A stretch of 64,000 bases of DNA. It comes from an uncultured Candidatus Saccharibacteria bacterium (GTDB taxonomy: Bacteria > Patescibacteriota > Minisyncoccia > Phycocordibacterales > DATDWN01). Made by a program: the position numbers and the translations under genes. The notes beneath the pieces were generated by a model. That model searched no databases. It saw only the letters and a program-made list of their open reading frames with translations, and was not told the origin of the DNA. The stretch lies in NCBI GenBank assembly GCA_964468795.1, contig CAYXWL010000014.1, forward strand, positions 22,376 to 86,375, given 5' to 3'. Of the stretch, positions 28,143-36,492 are shown in pieces. Each line of letters opens with the position of its first letter. The first letter of the stretch is position 1.

Positions 28143-28364
28143 TTACACAGCCGGTTTATTTTCTGAGAAACTCGCTGACGCCCCAGTTACAAAAGATTGT
28201 TTCAAACTATTTTTGCCTTGTAGACTAGAATATAAATTTGGATTTACACGCCTATCTACTTTGTAAAGAAGTGCGAAAAAATCAATCAAGTTTTTGTTTT
28301 CAAAACCTGTTTTAGTTTCGGCGACGAAACTTTTGGTATCATTTTTTCTTACCTTTACTGGCAT
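28143..28364 (-). CDS. hypothetical small protein
   Basis: ORF only. Confidence 0.25.
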   Translation of the reverse strand: MPVKVRKNDTKSFVAETKTGFENKNLIDFFALLYKVDRRVNPNLYSSLQGKNSLKQSFVTGASASFSENKPAV

Positions 28365-28413
28365 GATGCCAGTCTCTCATGTAACTAGTTTTTGCAATAT
28401 GAAATTAAGCGTA

Positions 28414-29223
28414 CTATGCTTGTTTTCTGTGTGATCTTTCTAAAGAGATCATTTTGTTTATATCATCATATGTGTATGGACCAACTTCACCTGATCTACT
28501 AATCTTTTTAAACTTTTGATTTACAAGCTTGGCTAAATCACTTCCTTTTATTTGACGGTTTTCCCAGACAAAAGCTTTTACCTCTTTAATTGAAGACTTT
28601 TTTGCTCGGAATTTGTTAATTTTTATTTCAGGATTTAAATATCTATCTTGAATAGGTTTAACTTCTGTAATAAACATTTTATGGATGTAATCAACTAACT
28701 CATTTTCCTTAACATATGGAGTAATGTTTATTGCAATGGGGTATTCTTTAACCGTTTGCTTGTTAACTTCGTTTCCCTCCACATCATTTTTTCTAATAGA
28801 GTCGCTTACAAGAACTTGCTTATACACGAAAGTATCTACTAAAGAAATCCTTTTGTTATAAAATACGAAAAACTCTACTGTGTCTGACCAACTTCTAATT
28901 GGTAAGGCATATTTTTCACAAATCTTATTTACATCTTTTTTTAATAAAAATTGTGCCTCATGCCCTTCTTTTTCATACCACTCATCTGGAATACTTGGAC
29001 CTTTATTTCTCCACTCATAACCCCTTAGAGGAATATGATGCTTAATTCTAATTGTTCTTACATCACTTAAAAAACGATCACCATTTGAAATCTCTACAAA
29101 ATATTTCCACATCTTTTTGAAAGAATTTGAGGAACGTAATCCTTTTACATTTCTCTCTTTAAAGTGGTCGTTCAAGACCTTTGAGTATTCTTGGTCAAAC
29201 TTGTCGTTTTTCTTCCAGTCCAT
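28414..29223 (-). CDS. hypothetical protein
   Basis: 269-aa ORF with no recognisable motifs. Confidence 0.35.
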   Translation of the reverse strand: MDWKKNDKFDQEYSKVLNDHFKERNVKGLRSSNSFKKMWKYFVEISNGDRFLSDVRTIRIKHHIPLRGYEWRNKGPSIPDEWYEKEGHEAQFLLKKDVNKICEKYALPIRSWSDTVEFFVFYNKRISLVDTFVYKQVLVSDSIRKNDVEGNEVNKQTVKEYPIAINITPYVKENELVDYIHKMFITEVKPIQDRYLNPEIKINKFRAKKSSIKEVKAFVWENRQIKGSDLAKLVNQKFKKISRSGEVGPYTYDDINKMISLERSHRKQA

Positions 29224-29348
29224 AAACGGAATTGTAATGAAATGTATACAAAATAGATAGCCCTACCTACACCAAATTGTGGCTTCTTGTGGCTTTGTTA
29301 TTTCCAATATATCCCTATAAATAAGGCTGTTTTGCCTACACAAGATAC

Positions 29349-29377
29349 TTGACAGAATAGTTAAATGGGTGTATAAT
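29349..29377 (+). promoter_or_regulatory. consensus sigma70-type promoter (TTGACA-17 bp-TATAAT) facing the small-gene array
   Basis: ttgaca at 29349-29354, a 17-nt spacer, tataat at 29372-29377. Followed by palindromes gaaagtgctcaa/ttgagctttc and gggac...gtccc. Confidence 0.6.
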
Positions 29378-29472
29378 TTGGATGTAATAAGTTGTTCTAA
29401 GAAAGTGCTCAATTTGAGCTTTCTCTTGGGACAATTTGGTCCCGATTTGTTCATTTTATCTGGAGGAAATCA

Positions 29473-29685
29473 ATGAAAAAAAGCCGTTATCTCGTGTTCT
29501 GGGTCTTGAACGGAACCATGAACATGGGGACTCAGACCGTAGAACTCAACGGTGTCATGAACACTGCTGAGTTCAACGATCTGCAGAAGAAATTGCGAAA
29601 GCAACACGGCAAGAACCTCTGCATTCAAGCCTTTAGCAAGTTTGAAGGCAATGATCTTCCGGTCATTAACATCAATGTGAAGTGA
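29473..29685 (+). CDS. small hypothetical protein (cassette 1 of GC-rich array)
   Basis: GGAGG RBS. 70 aa. Own GC hairpin terminator downstream. Confidence 0.4.
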   Translation: MKKSRYLVFWVLNGTMNMGTQTVELNGVMNTAEFNDLQKKLRKQHGKNLCIQAFSKFEGNDLPVININVK

Positions 29686-29799
29686 CCCCACCAAATATGG
29701 GGAGACTCAGTCTCCCCATCCCATCAAAGCAATTAAGAAACAATCTTGATTACTTTGATGGGATCAATTTCGATCCAAAGTTCTTTGAGGAGAATTTCA

Positions 29800-30060
29800 A
29801 TGCTCAAGTACAACGGTGGCTGCATGACCACTGAAGAGATCCTGAAGTTTCAGGAGTCCATGACTTTCAGCGATGCTGAAGGTTACTCAATACAGGACAC
29901 CGATCGGATCGTAAAGCATCTCAGACACTGTCAGAAGTGCCACGAGAGATGCGATGACGCGGTTCGTAACTACTTCAAGGAAAAGGAGCTCATTCGCTTG
30001 GGCTTCAAGACCGCAGCACAGATGATGCTCGACGGGATCGACAATCAGCGTCGTTTCTAG
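29800..30060 (+). CDS. small Cys/His-rich hypothetical protein (cassette 2)
   Basis: Start chosen after the conserved ttctttgaggag RBS block. HCQKCHERC cluster suggests metal binding. Confidence 0.4.
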   Translation: MLKYNGGCMTTEEILKFQESMTFSDAEGYSIQDTDRIVKHLRHCQKCHERCDDAVRNYFKEKELIRLGFKTAAQMMLDGIDNQRRF

Positions 30061-30175
30061 CACAACTTCTCCACAACGGGCGAACATCGGGTTCGCCCTC
30101 CCACCAAAGTAATTAAATCTTTTTGATTTCTTTGGTGGGGCAATTTTGCCCCGGTTCTTTCAAATTAGGTGTAGC

Positions 30176-30436
30176 ATGTTTGTTCAAATCGAAGTTCGGT
30201 ACGAATGGTTTGGCCAGAACACGGACATCAGCTTCGTCGGTCCTTTCGAGGATAAGTCGCTCGCTGTTACTTGGAGCGATGAATTCAATACCATCGCCAC
30301 AGTTCGCAAGGTCAAGGCGAAGTCCGAAGTCATTGAGGGTTCACCGACCAACCGAGTCGTCGAACCCGCAAACAAGACACCGCAAACTGTGCTCTCGACC
30401 GTCCTCCAGTCAATCAGCGAGGTCTGCCGAGGGTAA
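30176..30436 (+). CDS. small hypothetical protein (cassette 3)
   Basis: Preceded by the palindromic site and an RBS-like block. Start chosen at MFVQIEV. Confidence 0.35.
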   Translation: MFVQIEVRYEWFGQNTDISFVGPFEDKSLAVTWSDEFNTIATVRKVKAKSEVIEGSPTNRVVEPANKTPQTVLSTVLQSISEVCRG

Positions 30437-30542
30437 CACATACGGGCGACAGAACATCGTCGCCCTCCCATCAAAGTTTTTAATGTTTTGAAAATTTTGA
30501 CGGGATCAATAAGGGTCCTAAGTTCTTTGAGGAGATAGACGG

Positions 30543-31061
30543 ATGATTACTGCCAGAAAAGGTTTTCCGCCGGTTCCGACCGCCGTAGCATCCATTCTGT
30601 TGGTTGCGATCGGTTTGCTCGTTCTCAGCATCATTGGGAGAATGAGTGCCCCGCTCATCGCCTACAACGACGATGGAAGCAAGATGACGGTCTACGCGAA
30701 CGTCATCACCACTGCAATCGAGCAGGCGAAGTATCGTGTCACAGTGAGCACTCACTACGAACCAGGGAAGAAAGCGGTTCGGATCGTCGACATGTATTCC
30801 CTGGAAGACAAGATGCACGCCAGCGTCACAGGGATCATGCGTGAAGATCTTGGTACTTGGGTTCGTACCTGCGCACTTTCAGACGAGAGTCTGAAAGGAG
30901 CACAGCCCCAATGCAACGAGAACGACAACATCGCCCTACGACTACTCGATGAGGCGATGAAGAAGACGATGGTGCGTGAAAACGCCATCGGCAACATGGA
31001 AGTTTTCTGGGCATGGGAACAAGGAACGAAAGAGGTCATCAACCAGATCAAGAACAAGTAA
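30543..31061 (+). CDS. membrane-anchored hypothetical protein (cassette 4)
   Basis: ttctttgaggag RBS. N-terminal TM. Followed by terminator gaccgcc...ggcggtc. Confidence 0.45.
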   Translation: MITARKGFPPVPTAVASILLVAIGLLVLSIIGRMSAPLIAYNDDGSKMTVYANVITTAIEQAKYRVTVSTHYEPGKKAVRIVDMYSLEDKMHASVTGIMREDLGTWVRTCALSDESLKGAQPQCNENDNIALRLLDEAMKKTMVRENAIGNMEVFWAWEQGTKEVINQIKNK

Positions 31062-31092
31062 TACTTCGGTCTGGAACGTCTCCGACAGGACC

Positions 31093-31140
31093 GCCTTGCG
31101 CTAAGCGCTCGGCGGTCTTTCATTTTGTATACTTTTCAAA
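31093..31140 (+). terminator. rho-independent terminator after cassette 4
   Basis: ggaccgcc-ttgcgctaagcgct-cggcggtc followed by tttcatttt. Confidence 0.5.
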
Positions 31141-31437
31141 CACCCCCACTCCCCTCAAAAATTCGGTTTTGTTCGGATTTATAAAATGCCACCTATTTTC
31201 AAGAACAGCTTTAGTTTTACTCTATTTCTGGTATAATTGTGTATACAACTGAATATGGCCTAAACTTTTGAAAACAAGAGCATGGCACAGCAAGTCCTAA
31301 CAGACACAAAAAACCCATCATGGGGTTGTCTGTTAGGCCATATCGGGAAACCGGTATGAGAGGGTTCGCCCTCTACCCGTGGTGGGCTTTTTGTATTCTT
31401 AAAGTCCAAAACGGATTATTAAATTAATTACTAATCC

Positions 31438-31860
31438 ATGGATCAAACAATTCAACCTAAGAGGAGGTGGTACAAAAGTAAATGGTTTATTATTATAGTT
31501 GGAGTAATAGCACTAGTTATATTCTCAAGTTTTGGTGAAAGTAATACAAGCAACACAAGTACTAATCTATCTAACATTCCAAGTTCAGGCGAAGAGGGAT
31601 ACTTAAGAATAGAAAATAGTGAAATAGTTACTTTAGCTAGAACTAAAGAAGATTACGATGAACTCAATAAAGCTATGTATGCTAAAGATACTTACGGTAT
31701 AGCAAGAATGGTGATGGAGAATAAAGCTTTTGATGTTCCTGTTGGGACTAAGGTATTAGTTATTGATCAAAAATTTGGTGGTAGAAAAGTTAGAATACTT
31801 GAAGGTAAATATGCCATGGAAGATGGTTGGGTTGTTATGGAATTTGTAAGTAAGCAATAA
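31438..31860 (+). CDS. membrane-anchored hypothetical protein
   Basis: GGAGG RBS. N-terminal TM. Low-GC. Confidence 0.4.
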   Translation: MDQTIQPKRRWYKSKWFIIIVGVIALVIFSSFGESNTSNTSTNLSNIPSSGEEGYLRIENSEIVTLARTKEDYDELNKAMYAKDTYGIARMVMENKAFDVPVGTKVLVIDQKFGGRKVRILEGKYAMEDGWVVMEFVSKQ

Positions 31861-31862
31861 CT

Positions 31863-32057
31863 ATGAGGCCTGTAATTTCCAAGAAACACGCATTGGAATT
31901 ACAGAAAATAATTAAAGATACTACTGGAAGAAATCTACCCTTAGGGGACTGCTTTGCCCTACTGGGACACCTCTGTGGACTCCTAGGGCTCTTGTGGTCC
32001 GTAGAGGATAGAAAAAATACATCTGAACCCAAGAACAACACGAAGTCATTGTGGTAA
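31863..32057 (+). CDS. small hypothetical protein
   Basis: ORF begins 3 nt after the previous stop. Confidence 0.25.
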   Translation: MRPVISKKHALELQKIIKDTTGRNLPLGDCFALLGHLCGLLGLLWSVEDRKNTSEPKNNTKSLW

Positions 32058-32212
32058 CCAGCTGGTTTGCTTGATTACTAGATATTTTCTATATTATTCA
32101 TTTAAAATACATGCGTTTTGCACTCTTATAAATCCATATTATTTACAATTTTTATCCCCAAATTAACTCTTGCTGCTTTTTATAAACCCATTTGGTATAA
32201 TGTTCGTAAGTA

Positions 32213-33229
32213 ATGCAAAACACTAAAAAACTTAGAACTTTAGATTTATTTGCTGGAATAGGAGGAGTGAGAATGGGTTTTGAAAAAGCAGGATTTGAGA
32301 CCATTTTTGGAAATGATTTTGACCCCTATTGCAAAGCAACCTATGACCTCAATTTCAAAGAGGCTCCTCTTACAGTTGCAAGTATAACTGAACTAAAAAC
32401 ATCAGCCCTACCAAATTTTGATGTATTACTTGGAGGTTTTCCGTGTCAGCCATTTTCAATTGCTGGTTACAGAAGAGGTTTTTTAGACACAGGAAGAGGT
32501 GATTTATTTTTTGAGATTATTAGAATAATTCGAGACAAAAAACCTCAAGCTGTATTTTTGGAAAATGTAAAAAACCTAAAATCCCATGACAAAGGAAAAA
32601 CTTTCAGTATTATCTCGGAAGCTCTTAAAGATCAGGGGTACTATGTAAAAGTAATGGTTCTTAATAGCATGATGTATGGAAATGTCCCACAAAATAGGGA
32701 AAGGGTTTATATCGTAGGTTTCAAATCAAAAAAACAATATGATGCTTTTGAGTTTCCTGTGCCTACCCCTTTAACAAAATCTGTAGAAAGTGTCCTAGAG
32801 AAAAATGTTGATAAAAAATACTATTACAATAATTCCTCACTTTATGAAACTCTAAAAAAATCAGGAATGAAGAAAGGAGTTGTATATCAGTGGAGAAGAG
32901 CTTATGTCCGAGAAAATAAAAATGGAGTATGCCCAACCCTAACGGCTAATATGGGAATGGGAGGTCACAATGTGCCATTGATTAAAGACACTAAAGGAAT
33001 AAGAAAACTTACACCAAGGGAATGTGCAAGACTTCAGGGCTTTCCTGATACATACAAATTACCAACCACTTTACCAGACTCAAAGCTATACAAGCAGTTT
33101 GGGAACTCAGTGACAGTAACAGTAATTGAGCGTGTTGCTGAAGCAATGAAAAGAGCGTTAGAATACAAAGACAATGTTCCTAGACCGACAACCAAAAGAT
33201 CAAGTAGCCTACTACGAACGACTGCTTAA
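32213..33229 (+). CDS. dcm: DNA (cytosine-5)-methyltransferase
   Basis: Motif I LFAGIGG, IV GGFPCQPFS, VI ENV, VIII QNRER, C-terminal QFGNSV. Confidence 0.9.
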   Translation: MQNTKKLRTLDLFAGIGGVRMGFEKAGFETIFGNDFDPYCKATYDLNFKEAPLTVASITELKTSALPNFDVLLGGFPCQPFSIAGYRRGFLDTGRGDLFFEIIRIIRDKKPQAVFLENVKNLKSHDKGKTFSIISEALKDQGYYVKVMVLNSMMYGNVPQNRERVYIVGFKSKKQYDAFEFPVPTPLTKSVESVLEKNVDKKYYYNNSSLYETLKKSGMKKGVVYQWRRAYVRENKNGVCPTLTANMGMGGHNVPLIKDTKGIRKLTPRECARLQGFPDTYKLPTTLPDSKLYKQFGNSVTVTVIERVAEAMKRALEYKDNVPRPTTKRSSSLLRTTA

Positions 33230-34361
33230 AGCGGTTGGCTCTTTATCTAACCTTTTCTCAGAGTCTCCTGAGCCTTATTTGGCGTCCAGGGCTACTGAAA
33301 ACCTATTTTGTAAGGCTTTTAATGCAGAAAACCTTTCAAGATCTGATGCTTCCGCTGATGCTTCAAAAAATCGCATTGGACTTGGTATAAAAACCTTTCT
33401 TGAGGGTAACGGGCGTACCATGCAAAAAATAGCTGAATTCAATGGTGATCACATGCTATTTGAGTCTTTATCTCCTACAGAAAAAATAAAGAAAATAGCT
33501 GAATTAAGGAATGAAAGAATTGAAACAACTAAGCGTATTTTTGGATTAGATGAACTTATTTATCATTGTATAACAAGAAAAGTAGGAAAAATCTTGGTTT
33601 ACGAGACCTCTACTCCATTAATTAATATATCTGAAATTAAAGATGTAAAAGTAAACAAGAAAGAAAGTGTAATTCAATTTTCAGATAACACAGCAGAGTA
33701 TTCATTCAATGTATCCAAAAGCACTCTATATAAAAGATTTATTACTGAAAACATTTTATTGGATGTTCCCGTAAGAATACTTACTGATCCATTTTCAGAG
33801 ATAGAAAAACTTATTGCAGAAAAGGGTCTTATTTTTGCCCCAGAAAAAGTTTTACCTCATGTATTTTTACCTCTTTATTCAACAAGAGGCGGAGATAAAC
33901 ATGTGCCTGAAAAAAGCGGACTAAACCAATGGAATGCTCAGGGAAGACCGCGCGACCTGAATGAAGTCTATGTTCCTATACCAGCATGGATACACAGAAA
34001 GTTTCCTGGATTTTTTCCTCCCAGAGACCAAGCTTTTGAATTAACACTTCCAAATAGAGATATTCTTAGTGCTAAGATTTGTCAGGATAATTCAAAAGCC
34101 TTAATGAGTAACCCTAACTTAGCTTTAGGTAAATGGCTTCTAAGAGATGTAATGAACTTAAAGGAAGGTGAACTTCTTACTTATGAAAAATTGCAGACAA
34201 TTGGGCTAGATGCAGTAGTAGTCTACAAGATAGATAACCAGCATTATGATATTGATTTTACAAAAATTGGATCTTATGAAAAGTTTGAGATTGAGAATGG
34301 AGAAGGAACAAAGGATGATGAGTCGGAAACCATTACTGAACAAGACCAAGACGAAGAATAA
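33174..34361 (+). CDS. putative type II restriction endonuclease partnered with the C5-MTase
   Basis: 395-aa ORF overlapping the MTase 3' end. No recognisable family motif; called by position. Acidic C-terminal tail. Confidence 0.35.
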   Translation: MFLDRQPKDQVAYYERLLKAVGSLSNLFSESPEPYLASRATENLFCKAFNAENLSRSDASADASKNRIGLGIKTFLEGNGRTMQKIAEFNGDHMLFESLSPTEKIKKIAELRNERIETTKRIFGLDELIYHCITRKVGKILVYETSTPLINISEIKDVKVNKKESVIQFSDNTAEYSFNVSKSTLYKRFITENILLDVPVRILTDPFSEIEKLIAEKGLIFAPEKVLPHVFLPLYSTRGGDKHVPEKSGLNQWNAQGRPRDLNEVYVPIPAWIHRKFPGFFPPRDQAFELTLPNRDILSAKICQDNSKALMSNPNLALGKWLLRDVMNLKEGELLTYEKLQTIGLDAVVVYKIDNQHYDIDFTKIGSYEKFEIENGEGTKDDESETITEQDQDEE

Positions 34362-34494
34362 CCAGCTACCGAACAATACTAAAATTATTATATAAAATTA
34401 ATTCTTGAGTCACTTTATTAAAATTTATAGTTCTAAACGCATTTAACCATTCCCGCAGACAAAAACACCATACAAATGGTGTTTTTGCTTTTAA

Positions 34495-34686
34495 GCGGAT
34501 GGGGTGAGATTCGAACAGATAGGGGTCGGGAAAGAAAGTCTTTCCCGGGGAGGAAGGCTTGGGAAAACCGTGGGTTTACCAGAGGTTCGCAGACTCACCA
34601 TTCCGACAACGAGTCGCGGTCGAAAGAATCTTGTTTTGCCGAAAACAAAATTACTTGAGACGGAATCTCACTCTTTCTCCCCTCCC
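34495..34686 (+). repeat. tRNA-fragment-associated structured element, copy 1 (inverted tRNA-Ser 3' fragment + conserved hairpin)
   Basis: Positions 34495-34516 are the reverse complement of tRNA-Ser 3' end gttcgaatctcaccccatccgc. Hairpin cgggaaagaaagtctttcccg. ggaaaaccgtgggttt shared with copy 2. Confidence 0.5.
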
Positions 34687-34740
34687 AATACAAATCTCCA
34701 CTTCACAACTTTTTATCTATTCACATGATAAAATTCTAAT

Positions 34741-35253
34741 ATGAGTGAATTTGGAACCGATCTGCAGGAAAAGCAAATATTTTATCTATTTGAAGGAAGC
34801 CTGTTTTTAAAAGGCGTACATGCTGTAATTGAAATTATTGGCGGAATATTGACTCTCTTCATTACTCAAAACTTCTTAATCAATGCAGTATTAGATATAA
34901 CCCACAAGGAGCTCGCTGAAGATCCGCACGATTTTCTAGTCAATTACCTGCTCCATTCGGCAAACAACTTTTCTATTAGTTCCAAATATTTTATTGCGTT
35001 CTACCTACTTAGCCACGGTGTGATAAAAGGAATACTAGTTATTTTGCTTTATGCAAAAAAGCTGTGGGCATATCCTGTTTCAATATTTGTATTTGGACTT
35101 TTTATGATATACCAGATACAGAGATACACTCGCACTCATTCCGTCTGGCTAATTGCCTTTACAATATTTGATGCATTTGTGATTTGGCTCATATGGCATG
35201 AATATAAACTTCAAAAATCCAAATCTGGGCTTGTTAGTTTGAAATCATCATAG
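34741..35253 (+). CDS. multi-TM membrane protein
   Basis: Four or more hydrophobic helices. Confidence 0.4.
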   Translation: MSEFGTDLQEKQIFYLFEGSLFLKGVHAVIEIIGGILTLFITQNFLINAVLDITHKELAEDPHDFLVNYLLHSANNFSISSKYFIAFYLLSHGVIKGILVILLYAKKLWAYPVSIFVFGLFMIYQIQRYTRTHSVWLIAFTIFDAFVIWLIWHEYKLQKSKSGLVSLKSS

Positions 35254-35285
35254 ATAAGTTGCCAGCCGAGTGATATAATTTTGAT

Positions 35286-35735
35286 ATGAAACTAAAACAA
35301 TTGTCAGTTTTATTGTCTAGAATCGCACTGTTCGTAATATATTTTTGGTTTGGAATATTAAAAGTTATCGGCCTATCACCTGCAAGCGGAATTGTACAGG
35401 AGCTTTTCGCAAAAACACTAAGCCCAATTCTTCACGCACTGCACCTATCTTTTATCACAGCCGGAACATTTGTTGTCATATTCGGAGTATTTGAAGTCAT
35501 AATAGGACTATTATTTATAATTCCTGGAAAAGAGAGATGGGCCATATATGCATTTTTTGCCCATATAGTTACAACAGGTCTTCCGCTATTTTTCCTAAAG
35601 ACATCTGTTTGGACTGGAGTTTTCGTTCCAACGCTTGAGGGTCAGTACATTATAAAAAATCTAGCATTGATTGCCTGCGTTGTTAATATATGGTCAATAT
35701 TGCCGACAAAAACAGAAGATCCGGTTATAATATAA
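35286..35735 (+). CDS. DoxX-like multi-TM membrane protein
   Basis: Four hydrophobic helices; about 149 aa. Confidence 0.35.
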   Translation: MKLKQLSVLLSRIALFVIYFWFGILKVIGLSPASGIVQELFAKTLSPILHALHLSFITAGTFVVIFGVFEVIIGLLFIIPGKERWAIYAFFAHIVTTGLPLFFLKTSVWTGVFVPTLEGQYIIKNLALIACVVNIWSILPTKTEDPVII

Positions 35736-35738
35736 ATT

Positions 35739-36200
35739 ATGAATAAAATTTCCTGGAAAGCATTTGAATATTTGCACACAGAAAAAACCTCAGACTGGTA
35801 TTGGATCGTCGGAATAATCAGCGTGTCTATAGCCATACTTGCAGTAATATTCAATAACCTAATATTTGCTCTGCTCATTTTGGTATCAGCTGCAACCCTT
35901 TCCCTCTTTGCATCTAGGCCTCCACATCTAATAGAGATAAGCATTGATGCAGCTGGCGTAACTATAGGAAAAACTAGATACCCATACGTCCATCTCGAAT
36001 CTTTTTGGGTTGAAACAAACGAACATTACCCGAGGCTTCTCCTGAAATCAAAAAAGGTTTTAATGCCTTTTATTGTGGCTCTCATAGAAGAACACGATGT
36101 TCATCCAGATGAGATAAGAACATTTTTGCTCAATCATTTGCCAGAAGAAGAGCACACAGAACCTCTTTTGGAAAAAGTACTGCTTTACTTGGGCTTTTAG
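35739..36200 (+). CDS. membrane protein
   Basis: Two TM helices plus a soluble C-terminus. Confidence 0.35.
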   Translation: MNKISWKAFEYLHTEKTSDWYWIVGIISVSIAILAVIFNNLIFALLILVSAATLSLFASRPPHLIEISIDAAGVTIGKTRYPYVHLESFWVETNEHYPRLLLKSKKVLMPFIVALIEEHDVHPDEIRTFLLNHLPEEEHTEPLLEKVLLYLGF

Positions 36201-36238
36201 TTTTTTCTACCTTTTGTGATAATCTGACCATTATCTAT

Positions 36239-36310
36239 GCTCTCGTAGTTTAATGGATAGAATGCAACTTTGCGGAAGTTGCGATCCAAGTTCGATTCTT
36301 GGCGAGAGCA
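36239..36310 (+). tRNA. tRNA-Arg (GCG; anticodon assignment tentative)
   Basis: Same scaffold as the 22415 tRNA (GCTCTCG...GTTCGATTCTTGGCGAGAGC). Anticodon stem CAACT/AGTTG, loop TTGCGGA. Confidence 0.55.
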
Positions 36311-36464
36311 CAAAATATACGTAGTAGATTTTGCTTGAGCCAAAATCGAACTAGATAGGGGTCGGGAAAGATAGTCTTTCCCGTGTCGGAAAGCAGCGAG
36401 CAGAGCGAGCGTTGGAAAACCGTGGGTTTCCAAGGAGAGAGATATCCTGGCGAGAGCACAAAAC
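36311..36464 (+). repeat. tRNA-fragment-associated structured element, copy 2, bounded by a direct repeat of the tRNA-Arg 3' end
   Basis: ggcgagagcacaaaa at 36301-36315 and 36449-36463. Interior hairpin cgggaaagatagtctttcccg plus ggaaaaccgtgggttt. Confidence 0.5.
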
Positions 36465-36492
36465 AAAAAAACCACCAAATGGTGGTTTTTTG
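36465..36492. terminator. rho-independent terminator downstream of rpsT
   Basis: aaaaaaccacca-aat-ggtggtttttt hairpin. Confidence 0.55.

Noticed and set aside
29349-31400. Integron (attC cassettes)
   Set aside because: GTTAGGC/CCTAAC-like cores are present at one site only and no tyrosine integron integrase is in the window. The inter-cassette palindromes do not match the attC R''/R' pattern.
34495-34700. Possibility that copy 1 is a tmRNA or intron-containing tRNA
   Set aside because: The minus strand shows tRNA-like 5' and 3' ends, but no credible tag-peptide reading frame ending in Ala-Ala-stop, no canonical T-arm/acceptor pairing, and too short for tmRNA; left as an unassigned element.
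34476-34744. Three overlapping small ORFs (34476-34658, 34504-34728, 34559-34744)
   Set aside because: They coincide with the tRNA-fragment structured repeat (copy 1). The same is true for 36197-36478 and 36250-36459 over copy 2.
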